Shown here: positions 26,669-37,070 of the stretch, piece after piece
How positions within the stretch are numbered: position 1 is the first letter of the stretch
Layout: every line of letters begins with the position of its first letter
DNA from: Candidatus Atabeyarchaeum deiterrae
Lineage (GTDB): Archaea; Asgardarchaeota; Atabeyarchaeia; Atabeyarchaeales; Atabeyarchaeaceae
Assembly (NCBI GenBank): GCA_037310415.1
Contig: CP147780.1
Location: 224,001 to 288,000, forward strand
Length of the DNA stretch: 64,000 bases
Direction: 5' to 3'
The notes under the pieces: model-generated
Told to the model about the DNA's origin: nothing
What the model saw: the letters and a program-made list of their open reading frames with translations, nothing else
Databases searched by the model: none
Position numbers and translations under genes: made by a program

Positions 26669-26824
26669 ATGGTTGATAGGCGGCTCAAGGCAGCCACGAG
26701 GGAACTGGCGAGCTTGAGGCGAAGAGCTAATTTTCACGTGCATGATAAGAAGGCAATCGACAGAAAAAGACGAATCATACATAGGTTAAGGCTTTTGAAA
26801 GCAAAGTCGGCGATAGAAGCCTAG
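26669..26824 (+). CDS. Small basic protein (51 aa), not in the ORF track
   Basis: GGAGGAGG 8 nt before ATG; MVDRRLKAATRELASLRRRANFHVHDKKAIDRKRRIIHRLRLLKAKSAIEA. Confidence 0.55.
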   Translation: MVDRRLKAATRELASLRRRANFHVHDKKAIDRKRRIIHRLRLLKAKSAIEA

Positions 26825-26851
26825 AGGCTCCCTTTTCTGTCTGTCTGATTC

Positions 26852-27583
26852 TCAGTCTTCACTTTTAACTTTCGAGTTCTTGGTTATCCTCTTGCTTGGA
26901 AGACCGATGGCCCGCTCATATTCGTAGATAGCTCTGGCAGCAACGACCCAAGACTCAAGCATGGAGGAGTCTATCGAAACTCTCTCATCTGCTAGCTTGA
27001 AAGTGGTCTCGGACACATGCCCATGGGGAAATCCTCCGATCATTATTGCTGGCTTGCTTTGTTGGGACAAGTTTCGCATCGTTTCTTCCATGGTACCAGG
27101 TTTTCCCATTCTTGTGAAGAGGAGTACTCTAGTAGGATTTAGCCTTTTCAGCAAATCACTGATGGTTTCCTTTCTGATTCTCAGAAGAGGTCTGTCTGAT
27201 GAAGGAGGCACCTGACCAGCTTCAAACAACTGGCTCATCAGACCAGTAAAACGGTTGTAAATTCTTGGTAAACGTGTAGACGGATCAACTTCTATCACAT
27301 AGTTGTCTCTGGCATGAATGTAGACCTGTGCCAAGTTCTCTTTGCAGAGAGGAGATCCCAGGACCGAGAGCAAAGTTGTGTGAATTATGTCGGGTCGCCC
27401 GCGTCGTTTCTGGTCAAGAACAGTATGCATTATCTGGTGATGGATTGAAACATCAAGCAGCATACTGCTGGGTTTCACACCTCTCTTTCGAGCCTGCTTG
27501 ACTACGGTCGGGTCGGAAAGGAGTGTTTGAGGTATTGTCTCAAGCGCTGATTCGACTAGAATGAAAATAATCGTGTCAACCAC
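26852..27583 (-). CDS. nep1: 16S rRNA pseudouridine N1-methyltransferase Nep1/Emg1
   Basis: LLD.S.H, RGRPDIIH, TRLPR.YNRF.GL and IGGFPHG. Confidence 0.93.
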   Translation of the reverse strand: MVDTIIFILVESALETIPQTLLSDPTVVKQARKRGVKPSSMLLDVSIHHQIMHTVLDQKRRGRPDIIHTTLLSVLGSPLCKENLAQVYIHARDNYVIEVDPSTRLPRIYNRFTGLMSQLFEAGQVPPSSDRPLLRIRKETISDLLKRLNPTRVLLFTRMGKPGTMEETMRNLSQQSKPAIMIGGFPHGHVSETTFKLADERVSIDSSMLESWVVAARAIYEYERAIGLPSKRITKNSKVKSED

Positions 27584-27666
27584 CTCTTGGCCAAACTTCA
27601 GGACCTCGTGTTCAAAATCATCCTTATAGGGGGAAAACAGATTAATTTAGGTTAGGGTTTAGATCG

Positions 27667-28002
27667 ATGAGAAAAGGTAGTAGATCGCATTACTTCAGAA
27701 GGGTTAACCTCCTTTTCAAGGATATTGCGAGAGAGAGAATCAGACGCCTGCTCTCGTTAGCCGAGAATTCTCTCGCCAACGATCCTGATTTGGCAAGGGA
27801 ATACGTTGACATTGCTTCTAGGATAGGAATGAGATGCAAAGTCAGACTCCCCAGAAGCTGGAAGTGGAGAATATGTAGGGGATGTAATACGTTGCTGTAC
27901 CCAGGGCTGAATTGCACGGTCAGAGTTAGATCAAGACGTGAGCGCCATCTTGTTATCCGTTGCCTTAGCTGCGGAAGAATATCACGCAGAAATGTTAATT
28001 AG
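27667..28002 (+). CDS. rnp4: RNase P protein Rpp21
   Basis: IARERI..L, YV..A..I, CRGC...PG and CLSCG..R. Confidence 0.9.
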   Translation: MRKGSRSHYFRRVNLLFKDIARERIRRLLSLAENSLANDPDLAREYVDIASRIGMRCKVRLPRSWKWRICRGCNTLLYPGLNCTVRVRSRRERHLVIRCLSCGRISRRNVN

Positions 28003-28172
28003 CATATCTTCCTTTTTGTGCTCATTCGGCAGATTTATAAATCTCCCTTGATACACCTTTCGTTAAACTTCAGTGTGACGAATTGTCAGTAGGCTATCCA
28101 AGCTCAAGCAATTCGATCTATGAATCTGCCTGATGGGTCGCTTAACAGAAGATAACTTTGGGTGATGGTCAA

Positions 28173-28634
28173 GTGTCAACAGTCTATCTCGTGCCAGCTG
28201 CTGATTTCATAAAGGCATTATCAGAGGAGCTAAAGAAGACTTATACAGAGGCTATTCACGCTCCTCCTTGGGGAGAGTTTGTCAAGACAGGAGCACATCG
28301 AACTAGACCTCCTACTCAGCGTGACTGGTGGTACACAAGATGCGCTTCCTTACTCAGGAAACTCTATGTGAAGAATCCAATCGGTGTCTCACGGTTGAGA
28401 TTCGAATATGGAGGACCAAGCCAGAAGGATGTCACTCCTAACCGGCATACTAAGGGAAGCGGATCGATAATCAGAAAGCTTCTCCAGCAACTTGAGGGCG
28501 CTGGTCTCGTTGAGAAAAAGGAGACAGATGGAAGGAAGCTTACCACCAAAGGAACTTCATTGCTAGACAGGGTTGCCCATAAGGTTAGGTTGTCTCTTCA
28601 AAAGGAGGCAGTCCCAGACCTGCGGAAATACTAG
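28173..28634 (+). CDS. rps19e: Ribosomal protein eS19
   Basis: VKTG.H..RPP...WWY.R.ASLLRK and GSGSIIRK.LQQLE; GTG start after GGTGA. Confidence 0.95.
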   Translation: MSTVYLVPAADFIKALSEELKKTYTEAIHAPPWGEFVKTGAHRTRPPTQRDWWYTRCASLLRKLYVKNPIGVSRLRFEYGGPSQKDVTPNRHTKGSGSIIRKLLQQLEGAGLVEKKETDGRKLTTKGTSLLDRVAHKVRLSLQKEAVPDLRKY

Positions 28635-28843
28635 GATAATTGAATCATCACTCTTTGAGAACAAGCTTTCAGTGGACGGAAGACCTACATTTCAACAACC
28701 AATTGGTCTGAAACTGTACCCTGGATGTTGACTGCTTAGAGTAGATCTAACAAAAGATGCCTTTGGATTGAATAATCTAAAAGATATAGAAATTGGGAAA
28801 ACCAGACTTGTCCCTGGTATTTCGGTACGTGGAAGGTGATAGA

Positions 28844-29176
28844 TTGGCTGAAGACGAGGAGATTGAGGATCTGAAGAAAAAGAGGATGCTTCAACTTCAA
28901 CAACAAATCGCTGATGCTCAGAGGCAAGAGGAAAACCGCCGAGAATTTGAGGCTAAGAAGCAAGGTGCGCTCAGACAGATTCTCACAGACGAGGCTAGGA
29001 GCCGCCTCATGAACATCAAGATGGTCAAACCGGAATTCGCAGAGCAGCTAGAACTTCAGCTGATTCAACTGGCACAGAGCGGCAAGATAGCTATTCCTAT
29101 AACCGACGAACAGATGAAAGAGATCCTCCTGAAACTGCAAAGCAAGAAGAGAGAATCAAAGATATCATTCAAATAG
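28844..29176 (+). CDS. PDCD5-like dsDNA-binding protein
   Basis: LRQILT.EARSRL..IKMVKPE.A...E.QLIQLAQSG; TTG start after AGGTGA. Confidence 0.9.
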   Translation: MAEDEEIEDLKKKRMLQLQQQIADAQRQEENRREFEAKKQGALRQILTDEARSRLMNIKMVKPEFAEQLELQLIQLAQSGKIAIPITDEQMKEILLKLQSKKRESKISFK

Positions 29177-29352
29177 AGACTGACAAAAGAAACTAGACAA
29201 ATGAAGCGCCTGCTTTCCGTACGCATGAACTTCCGTCAAGCTGCTGAAGACGAGCGGGAGGAATTTGTGAAAAGCCAAAGGGTTAAGAAGCAGAAGAGCA
29301 TCTCTTAGCCAGAGAAGAATTGGGATCAGAAAAGCCAAGGAGATTAGCAGAT

Positions 29353-29508
29353 ATGGCGCGCAACAAACCACTTGGCAAGAAACTGAGACTTGCACATGCC
29401 TTGAAAGAAAATAGATCTACCCCTACTTGGATAGTCATGAAGACTAATAGAAAGGTCAGAACGCACCCTGGAAGGAGGAACTGGCGTTCTAGCAGCGTGA
29501 AACCATAG
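29353..29508 (+). CDS. rpl39e: Ribosomal protein eL39
   Basis: [14 protein letters not shown]...P.W...KT...HP.RRNWR. Confidence 0.95.
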   Translation: MARNKPLGKKLRLAHALKENRSTPTWIVMKTNRKVRTHPGRRNWRSSSVKP

Positions 29509-29529
29509 GTATAGAGGATGTGATAGAAC

Positions 29530-29925
29530 ATGGCATCAGAGCGCGTAAACCGCGGGGGAAAAGCAGAGTCATCTAAGAAAGAAACCAAGGTCAAGCCAGA
29601 GCCAGCTGAGAAGGAGATCAAAGCCAAGACAGAGCTGGCAGAGGAGGAAAGGAAAAAGCCTACTGAGGCAGCACCTCTAGAAGAGAGAGTTTACACGGTT
29701 CCATTATCAAAGACTCGCTATGTGCCATACTACAAGAGGGCATCCAAGGCAATTCTCTTGCTAAGAGGTTTCTTCACGCGACACATGAAGGCTGAGAGGG
29801 TTATATTCTCGAAGGAGTTAAACGAGGCTATTTGGGTTAACGGGATTAGAAACCCACCTAGGAAAGTTAGAGTTCGTGCCACAAAAGACGATGAAGGAAA
29901 TGTAACTCTCTATATTGCTGAGTGA
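29530..29925 (+). CDS. rpl31e: Ribosomal protein eL31 with K/E-rich N-terminal extension
   Basis: ERVYTVPL, KRA.KA, RHMK and LNEAIW..GI.NPPRKVRVR. Confidence 0.93.
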   Translation: MASERVNRGGKAESSKKETKVKPEPAEKEIKAKTELAEEERKKPTEAAPLEERVYTVPLSKTRYVPYYKRASKAILLLRGFFTRHMKAERVIFSKELNEAIWVNGIRNPPRKVRVRATKDDEGNVTLYIAE

Positions 29926-29987
29926 CTTCCTTCGCTGATTCCGATTTCTATTGGTGATCAAATTCTGATTCGTGTTGCTTTCTTATT

Positions 29988-30674
29988 TTGGCGGTGAGAC
30001 AAGGTTTGTCTGCTATCCGTGTTGCCTTCTTAGGCAACCCCTACATTGGAGTCTATGCTCTGTCGACTGACAGATATTCGTTGGTTCCGATCGGGCTTCC
30101 CGCGAAAATTAAGAGAGTTATCGAGGAGACGCTCAGAGTCAGAGCCATTGAGACGAAAATCTGTCAGACCACTATGCTTGGTATATTGATTGCCGGTAAC
30201 TCCAATGCAATGGTTGTTCCTTGGACCGCTTCAGATGAGGAGATCGAAACCATACAAAGCGCTCTTGGCGTTAAAGTGTCTAGATTAAACACAAGTCTAA
30301 CCGCACTAGGCAACATAATACTGGCAAACGATCATGGCGCCATAGTCCACCCAAATCTCAGAGAGGCTACAATAGCGTCCATCAAAGCAACTCTAGGCGT
30401 CAAGGTTGTTTCGGGCAAGGTTGCAGGATCAGGTCTCGTAGGGTCATCAGCTCTAACAACAAACAAGGGAGCTTTGGTTTCTCCACGCGCAACGGAAGAG
30501 GAACTTGACCAGTTGTCAAATACCTTGGATGTCCCCACTAGTGTGGGGTCCGTTAATCGAGGCGTGGCATACGTCAGATCTGGACTCATGGCCAACTCGA
30601 GCGGAGCGATTGCAGGAAACGACACCACTGGACCCGAGCTTAACAGAATAGAGGAAGCTTTCGATCTAGTTTGA
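29988..30674 (+). CDS. eif6: Translation initiation factor aIF6
   Basis: GNPYIGV, ALGNIILANDHGA, GSVNRG and TTGPEL..IE. Confidence 0.94.
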   Translation: MAVRQGLSAIRVAFLGNPYIGVYALSTDRYSLVPIGLPAKIKRVIEETLRVRAIETKICQTTMLGILIAGNSNAMVVPWTASDEEIETIQSALGVKVSRLNTSLTALGNIILANDHGAIVHPNLREATIASIKATLGVKVVSGKVAGSGLVGSSALTTNKGALVSPRATEEELDQLSNTLDVPTSVGSVNRGVAYVRSGLMANSSGAIAGNDTTGPELNRIEEAFDLV

Positions 30675-30788
30675 AGCGCGTTAACTTGACAAGACTTAAA
30701 AGGGATTGCACTACTCACATCTGTAACCTTCAATTGAAGTAACGCTGCGCTGTCAATGACTGTGACGGTGTGTTCAGGTGGAAGTGAC

Positions 30789-30983
30789 ATGGAAGTAAAA
30801 ACATATCTTATCTCTGGAATCTTCACAAAGGGCAAAACACACCAAAAATTCTCGACTCACGTTCGAGGTATCAAGAAGGAAGACGCGATCGAGAAAGTGG
30901 TTTCAGAGATCGGTGGAAGATTCAAGGTGCAGAGACGAATGATCAAGATCGAAAAAGCAGAAGAAACCACACCTGAAGAGTGA
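30789..30983 (+). CDS. rpl18a: Ribosomal protein eL20 (L18Ae/LX)
   Basis: VK.Y.ISG...F...VRG....A.EKV.SEIG...V.RR.IKI, in its conserved position after aIF6. Confidence 0.88.
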   Translation: MEVKTYLISGIFTKGKTHQKFSTHVRGIKKEDAIEKVVSEIGGRFKVQRRMIKIEKAEETTPEE

Positions 30984-31037
30984 ACTGACATACTTGCGAC
31001 CTGCAATTCGTCTGGTAGTGTTGGAGGTTCATGACAC

Positions 31038-31469
31038 TTGTCTGAGTCTGAGTCGAAGTATAGACAGCTATTGGCTGAATTGAGGCTGAATGAAGAGCAG
31101 TTCAACGATCTGCAATCTCGCATGGAAATGATCTCAGCACAAATACAAGAGCATATAAGTGCTGGGGTGACCATGAACAACTTGAAAGGGGAGCAAGGAC
31201 GAGAGATCCTAATACCCATTGGGGCCCAGATCTATGTCCGCGGGACTCTAATCGATGCAAGCAAAGTGTTGATAGGTCTCGGAGCCGGAATATCGGCTGA
31301 GAAGACCGTTGAGCAAGCAAGCACCGATCTTGAGACAAGAGTCTCAAATCTGCAGAAGATACTCGCGAGCCTCCGCGATGAGTATGTTAAAACTGCTGAC
31401 AGAGTTAACAAACTTCGGTCTCAGCTTGGAGACACTGCCCAGCAGATACTCAGGACAAAACAGGGATAG
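31038..31469 (+). CDS. pfdA: Prefoldin alpha subunit
   Basis: Coiled coils flanking EILIPIGAQIYV and VLIGLGAG..AEK. Confidence 0.92.
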   Translation: MSESESKYRQLLAELRLNEEQFNDLQSRMEMISAQIQEHISAGVTMNNLKGEQGREILIPIGAQIYVRGTLIDASKVLIGLGAGISAEKTVEQASTDLETRVSNLQKILASLRDEYVKTADRVNKLRSQLGDTAQQILRTKQG

Positions 31470-31653
31470 AAGCGCGGAGCACACAGGTAGAGCGAGTTGT
31501 AGTAGAAGGGTTTGCATCTCATTGGCAGATGACTGAACCAGTTACTGAAACCTATAAACCGGTTAATATGCTGTTGCTCATTCTACGGGAGATATTGTCG
31601 AATGATTCGTAACTCTGACCAGATGGTTTCAGATTTAATGGTGTGTGGAAGAC

Positions 31654-32571
31654 ATGTTCGAGAAACTGAAGGATGCCTTGGGCAAGTTTGTCTCTTCAGT
31701 AGCAAAGAAAGAACTAAGTGAGAAAAGGCTTGATGATGCATTTCAAGACTTGAAAGTTCTACTAGCTGGAAACGATGTCTCGTACAAAGTGGCGGAAGCA
31801 ATATGTGATGAAGTGAAACGGAGACTGCTTGGTATTAAGGTTGGGCTCACAAGAAACATTAAGAAACTCGTATTCGACGCTTTGAAGGAGTCAGTTTCAG
31901 CAATTCTGGAGCAAGGCGGGGAAGTCGATATCTTGAAGCTCTCAGACGAAAAGAAAAAGGCTGGTTCTCCGCTCGTTCTGATGGCTGTCGGGATCAACGG
32001 AACCGGCAAGACCATGACTTTGGCCAAACTTGCTTACTTTCTTCGAAAGAAAGGGTTCTCATGCGTCTTCGCAGCAGCAGATACGTTCAGAGCCGGAAGC
32101 ATAGAGCAACTTGAAAAACATGGTCAAGCTCTAGGGATAAGAGTAATAAAGCACACATACGGAGCTGACGCCGCTGCCGTTGCATGGGATTCTGTGGAGC
32201 ATGCGAGAGCACATCATGTAAATATAGTACTCATTGATACCGCAGGGAGAATGCAGACCAACAAGAACTTGCTCGATGAAATGTCCAAAATCCATCGTGT
32301 CGTGACCCCTGACCTCGTCTTGTTTATTGGTGATGCTCTAACAGGCAATGATGCAGTCGAACAAGCAGAGAAGTTCAACCAGACGGTCGCCATAAGTGGA
32401 ACAATCTTGACAAAGGTAGACGCTGATGTCAAGGGTGGAGCCGCCATCTCGATAACATACGTAACAAAGCGACCAATACTCTTCGTCGGGGTTGGACAGA
32501 GGTATCAGGATTTGGAGACCTTCCACCCAGAGTGGTTTATTGACAAGATCTTTGGGAAGACATCCGAGTGA
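31654..32571 (+). CDS. ftsY: SRP receptor GTPase FtsY
   Basis: GINGTGKT, DTFRAG, IDTAGRM, TKVDAD.KGG and GVGQ.Y.DL. Confidence 0.96.
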   Translation: MFEKLKDALGKFVSSVAKKELSEKRLDDAFQDLKVLLAGNDVSYKVAEAICDEVKRRLLGIKVGLTRNIKKLVFDALKESVSAILEQGGEVDILKLSDEKKKAGSPLVLMAVGINGTGKTMTLAKLAYFLRKKGFSCVFAAADTFRAGSIEQLEKHGQALGIRVIKHTYGADAAAVAWDSVEHARAHHVNIVLIDTAGRMQTNKNLLDEMSKIHRVVTPDLVLFIGDALTGNDAVEQAEKFNQTVAISGTILTKVDADVKGGAAISITYVTKRPILFVGVGQRYQDLETFHPEWFIDKIFGKTSE

Positions 32572-32775
32572 TGGATGAATCAGTGCAAGTTCACTCACAT
32601 GAGCCATCTTACATCAAAGAGAACTAGGAATTTCGATCCCAAGAAGCCAAGGAAGAACATTTTCCAGTTATTTCTGAAACTGAGGTTTGTGGTAAACCAA
32701 TAGGTAGGTTTAATTTCTGCAGGGGCACTACTTCCAAGTAATACCTGCGAGAGGATATTGGAGGTCGTCACCCAG

Positions 32776-33708
32776 ATGAATCTGAAAGGTAGACATCTCA
32801 TAACAATGGAAGAATTCAGCAAGGAAGAGATCTATCTAATTCTGGATCAAGCTTCTGAATTCAAGAGAAGAAGGTATCTTGGTGAGAACTACGCAAATGT
32901 CCTTAGTAACAAGGCTGTCGCCATGATATTCGAGAAACCTTCGACAAGGACCAGAGTAAGCACAGAAGTTGCGATTACCGAACTCGGCGGAAGACCATTG
33001 TACTTGAGTTCGAACGAGATGCAGCTTAGCAGGGGAGAAACTGTCGAGGACACCTCGAAGGTTCTAAACAGGTATGTCTATGGGATCGTGGCGAGATTGG
33101 CTTCACACGATACTATGGTCAAACTCGCAGAGCACTCCAAGGTTCCTGTCATCAACGCGTTAACTCCAATTCACCATCCAATGCAGATACTGGCAGATCT
33201 GATGACGATCAGAGAAAAGAAAGGCAAACTTGAAGGCTTGAAACTTTCATTCGTCGGAGATGGCAACAACATATGTCATTCTCTCTTGATCGGGTGCAGC
33301 ATGGTTGGGATGGACATCAGCGTCGGAACCCCCTCTGGTTACAAGCCCAATAGTGATATCGTAAAAGCAGCAGAAGATATCGCCAAGATCAACGGATCCT
33401 CCGTCAATGTTTTGAACGATCCTGAAGAAGCTGTGAAGGATGCTGATGCGGTCTATACAGATGTCTTCGTATCAATGGGACAGGAAACAGAAGCAAAAGA
33501 AAGACTAAGAGTCTTCCCGCCGTTCCAAGTAAACAAGAAACTCATGTCGAACGCCAATGAAAGATACATATTTCTGCACTGTCTGCCAGCACATCGTGGG
33601 CAGGAAGTAGCAGCCGACGTAATAGATGATCCCTCTCACTCTGTTGTCTGGGATGAAGCGGAAAACAGACTTCACATAGCCAAGAGCATTCTTGCACTAC
33701 TAATCTAG
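32776..33708 (+). CDS. argF: Ornithine carbamoyltransferase
   Basis: FEKPSTRTR, HPMQ, TDVFVSMG, HCLP and EAENRLH. Confidence 0.95.
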   Translation: MNLKGRHLITMEEFSKEEIYLILDQASEFKRRRYLGENYANVLSNKAVAMIFEKPSTRTRVSTEVAITELGGRPLYLSSNEMQLSRGETVEDTSKVLNRYVYGIVARLASHDTMVKLAEHSKVPVINALTPIHHPMQILADLMTIREKKGKLEGLKLSFVGDGNNICHSLLIGCSMVGMDISVGTPSGYKPNSDIVKAAEDIAKINGSSVNVLNDPEEAVKDADAVYTDVFVSMGQETEAKERLRVFPPFQVNKKLMSNANERYIFLHCLPAHRGQEVAADVIDDPSHSVVWDEAENRLHIAKSILALLI

Positions 33709-33951
33709 GAGAAGCATAGACAAGTAAAAACCATTTCTGACTCAGATCGAGAGGATTCCAGCAAGCTTAATAATCATTTCAGGTAATCCTTCAGCATACC
33801 CAGCTGACAGTGTGTTAGTGAGGGAAAAACTACTCCCATTATTTAAATACACTAATCGCAGTATTATGGAAATAATAGGGGATACGAGAAACAGAAGTGG
33901 ACAGTTGTCTAACGGCAGATGCCAGGCGAGCAAAAAGGTGATGAGTAACCC

Positions 33952-34137
33952 ATGGGAATAAGAAGTTTCTTCAGTAATGCGAGGCGCATCTTGAAAATAG
34001 CTTCAAAACCCAAAAGGAAAGAAGTTTGGACCACCACAAAAGTTGTTGCACTCGGAGCACTTCTCATAGGACTTTTCGCATTTGTAATTCACCTAATCTT
34101 CATGGTCTTATGGCTGAGACCCACTGGTACAGCGTAA
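33952..34137 (+). CDS. secE: SecE/Sec61-gamma
   Basis: RRILKIASKP..KE followed by one TM helix; lies before spt5. Confidence 0.9.
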   Translation: MGIRSFFSNARRILKIASKPKRKEVWTTTKVVALGALLIGLFAFVIHLIFMVLWLRPTGTA

Positions 34138-34273
34138 AGCTATGCAATGGATGAAAACATAGAGAGTCTGTTTTCATCCCGACCGACCTCGTCTATGTTA
34201 GTGAAGACTTAGTCTCTGCAATGTCAGGACTTTCCACGTCTAACTATATCCACTTGTGAGGAATCGATCCTAT

Positions 34274-34801
34274 ATGTCAAAGAAAGGTGATGGTGAAACC
34301 ACGGTTTTCGTGGTAAGAACAACTATAGGACAGGAGGCTGGCGTAGCGGCGCTTATCGAAGTTCAGGCTAAGGCTAAGAAGATTCTGCTGAAAGCGATTC
34401 TTGTCCCGGAGAATGTCAGAGGTTACCTTTTCATTGAGGCACCTGAGCATCGACTCGTTGAACAAGCTGTTTCGGGCCTTGCTCATGTTAGGGGAGGAAC
34501 CATAGGCAGGATAAGCGAAAAGGAACTTGATGGTTTCCTAGTTCCAAAGAAAATTACAGAGGGGCTCTCGATCGGAGATATTGTCGAAATCACTGGAGGA
34601 CCATTCAAAGGAGAGAAAGCGCGTGTTGGAAAGGTAGACATCGAGAAAGAGGAAGTCGTGCTCGAACTGCTTGAAACACCCTATAACCCAATTCCTGTCA
34701 AAGTTAAAGCCGATTACGTGAGAGTTATAGAAAGAGTACAGCCCTCCGCAAAATCAGCTGAAGAGGAAGAGGAGGAAGAAGAAAAAGAGAAATTCGAGTA
34801 G
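34274..34801 (+). CDS. spt5: Transcription elongation factor Spt5/NusG
   Basis: RTTIGQE, GYLFIEA and the KOW motif GDIVEITGGPFKGEKA; acidic tail. Confidence 0.95.
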   Translation: MSKKGDGETTVFVVRTTIGQEAGVAALIEVQAKAKKILLKAILVPENVRGYLFIEAPEHRLVEQAVSGLAHVRGGTIGRISEKELDGFLVPKKITEGLSIGDIVEITGGPFKGEKARVGKVDIEKEEVVLELLETPYNPIPVKVKADYVRVIERVQPSAKSAEEEEEEEEKEKFE

Positions 34802-34946
34802 ACCTTGAACCAAGTACGACTTTTCCCAAGGGAAAAGCTTTTTTATTCACTTGTGCATTCAACATCAGCACCACAAGGCGGTCGCATCCACAGAATTCAT
34901 CTCAGATTCATTTCACAGGATCAAGCATTCTACTGAGTGATCTGGT

Positions 34947-35441
34947 ATGGCTAAACTAGTAAACGTCAACGCACTGGTAGAAGGAGGAAAGGCCTCTGCA
35001 GGCCCTCCAATCGGACCAGCTTTGGGACCTACTGGAGTCAACCTGTACCAGGTGGTTCAGAAGATTAACGAGACCACAAAGGACTTCGCTGGTCTTAGGG
35101 TTCCAGTCAAGATAACTGTTGACACGGAAACCAAGTCGTTCCAAGTAGAAGTAGGCTTACCGCCTACCTCTGCTCTTGTGCTGCGCGAAGTGAACCAGCC
35201 TAAGGGTAGTGGAAAACCAAATGAGCAAAAGGTTGGGGACCTCAGCTTCGCCAGCTTGGTTAAGGTTGCCACCATTAAGAAAGAGTCGCTTATGACCAAA
35301 GACATCAAGCAGGCTGCTAGGGCAGTTCTTGGCACCTGTGTAAGTTGTGGGGTGACAATCGACGGCAAGGATCCCAAAGTCGTCCAGAAAGAGATAACCG
35401 AAGGAAAGTATGATGACCAGTTTTCAAAAGAGGGTAAATGA
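34947..35441 (+). CDS. rpl11: Ribosomal protein uL11
   Basis: GGKASAGPPIGPALGP and GTCVSCGVTIDG. Confidence 0.96.
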   Translation: MAKLVNVNALVEGGKASAGPPIGPALGPTGVNLYQVVQKINETTKDFAGLRVPVKITVDTETKSFQVEVGLPPTSALVLREVNQPKGSGKPNEQKVGDLSFASLVKVATIKKESLMTKDIKQAARAVLGTCVSCGVTIDGKDPKVVQKEITEGKYDDQFSKEGK

Positions 35442-35483
35442 GAACTCTGTCAACGCAAAAGATGACTGGGGGTTGTTCAAACA

Positions 35484-36149
35484 TTGCCAATAGACGCTGA
35501 AGCCATCAACAAAGCAATAAAGAAAGTTAGAGACACTACGAAGAAGAGGAAATTCAAGCAATCCATCGACATGTCCATCAATCTGAAGGATCTAGACATG
35601 AGCAAACCCGAATCCAAGATAAACCTTGAAGTAGTGTTACCGAAGCCTGTGCCTAAACAGGTCAAAATCTGTGCCCTTGCATACGGAGAGATGGTGCTGA
35701 AAGCCAAGCAAGCTGGGGCTGACAAGATCGTGGAACGCGAGGAAATCGAGAAGCTCGGGGGAGACAAGAAAAAAGCCAAGAAACTTGCCTCGCAGTATGA
35801 CTTCTTCATAGCTAGGTCGGATCTAATGCCATTGATCGGCAAAAACTTGGGACCTGTACTTGGTCCCAGAGGGAAGATGCCTACACCAATGGCTCCGAAT
35901 GCCGACCCTGCACCTGTGATACAAAGGCTGAGGCATGTTGTTAGGATTAAGCTCAGTCGTTCTCCGACAGCTGCTGTCAGAGTTGGAACGGAGGACATGA
36001 AAGACGCAGAAATTGCAGAGAATATGCAGAAGGTAATTGATGAGCTTACAGGCAAACTTGAGAGAGGAGATAGAAACATAAAATCAGTGTATATAAAGAC
36101 GACAATGGGCTCCCCCGTTAAGTTGGAAACCGGAAGACGATCTCAATAG
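35484..36149 (+). CDS. rpl1: Ribosomal protein uL1
   Basis: RKFKQSID, LGPRGKMP and KTTMG. Confidence 0.96.
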   Translation: MPIDAEAINKAIKKVRDTTKKRKFKQSIDMSINLKDLDMSKPESKINLEVVLPKPVPKQVKICALAYGEMVLKAKQAGADKIVEREEIEKLGGDKKKAKKLASQYDFFIARSDLMPLIGKNLGPVLGPRGKMPTPMAPNADPAPVIQRLRHVVRIKLSRSPTAAVRVGTEDMKDAEIAENMQKVIDELTGKLERGDRNIKSVYIKTTMGSPVKLETGRRSQ

Positions 36150-36188
36150 GAAGTAACAGATTGGGCTGAACAGGGAGGAATCACAAAA

Positions 36189-36995
36189 ATGGCAGTGGCC
36201 ACGAGAGCATCGAAGACATATCCGAAAAAGAAAGTTCAGCAAGTAGATGAATTAAGGGAACTAGTCAAAAAGTACAATGTGATAGGCATAGTCAAGATCA
36301 GTGGAATCGGGACTAGACAGTTGCAGGGGATCAAACGAAGTCTGAGCGATAAGGCCGTGATCAAAGTCGTAAAGAATACGTTAGTCAGAAAGGCCATTGA
36401 GGGTGTGGGTGGAAAGAAAACTGGTGTAGAAAAAATCCTCCCGTTGTTGAGTCAACAGAATGCCATCATATTCACGGACATGGTTCCTCATAGACTGAGC
36501 ATAATATTCTCCAAGAACAAGGCCAAAGCGCCGGCCAAACCTGGAAGCATTGCCCTGAACGATGTTCTCGTGTCAGCTGGCAATACCGGTTTTACTCCTG
36601 GTCCCATTATAAGTCAATTGGGTGAGGTTGGGTTGCCAACCCGTGTCGAATCAGGGTCCATCGTGATCACTAAAGACACTGTCGTCGCAAAGAAAGGGAA
36701 CAAGATTTCACAGAATCTAGCTATCGTTCTGTCAAGGTTAGGGATAGAACCTTTCGAGGTTCAACTTCGCTTGGCTTCCGCGTATGAGAACGGTGAAATA
36801 ATATCTGGCAATGTGCTGGACATAGACGAAGAGAAAGTGCTGAATCAACTTCGCGAAGCATACCAGTCAGCAATCAACCTATCCGTCTTTGCCGGAATAG
36901 TGAATTCCGACACAATAAAGACAATGATAGCAAAAGCAGAAATGGAAGTCAAAGCAATCCAGAACGCAATCGAAAGCAAGAAGAAAACCAAGTAG
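36189..36995 (+). CDS. rpl10: Ribosomal protein uL10 (P0), lacking the acidic C-terminal tail
   Basis: KNTL, APAKPG.IA..DV, GNTGFTPGP and L..LGIEP. Confidence 0.94.
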   Translation: MAVATRASKTYPKKKVQQVDELRELVKKYNVIGIVKISGIGTRQLQGIKRSLSDKAVIKVVKNTLVRKAIEGVGGKKTGVEKILPLLSQQNAIIFTDMVPHRLSIIFSKNKAKAPAKPGSIALNDVLVSAGNTGFTPGPIISQLGEVGLPTRVESGSIVITKDTVVAKKGNKISQNLAIVLSRLGIEPFEVQLRLASAYENGEIISGNVLDIDEEKVLNQLREAYQSAINLSVFAGIVNSDTIKTMIAKAEMEVKAIQNAIESKKKTK

Positions 36996-37070
36996 GCAGT
37001 ATGGATAGCCTTAAATGCGAAATATCAAATCCTTCAGGATTCAATCAAGAAAGAAGGTGAAAAATCCAAA

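Noticed and set aside
29201-29308. 35-codon ORF or sRNA between PDCD5 and rpl39e
   Set aside because: No SD site or recognisable similarity.
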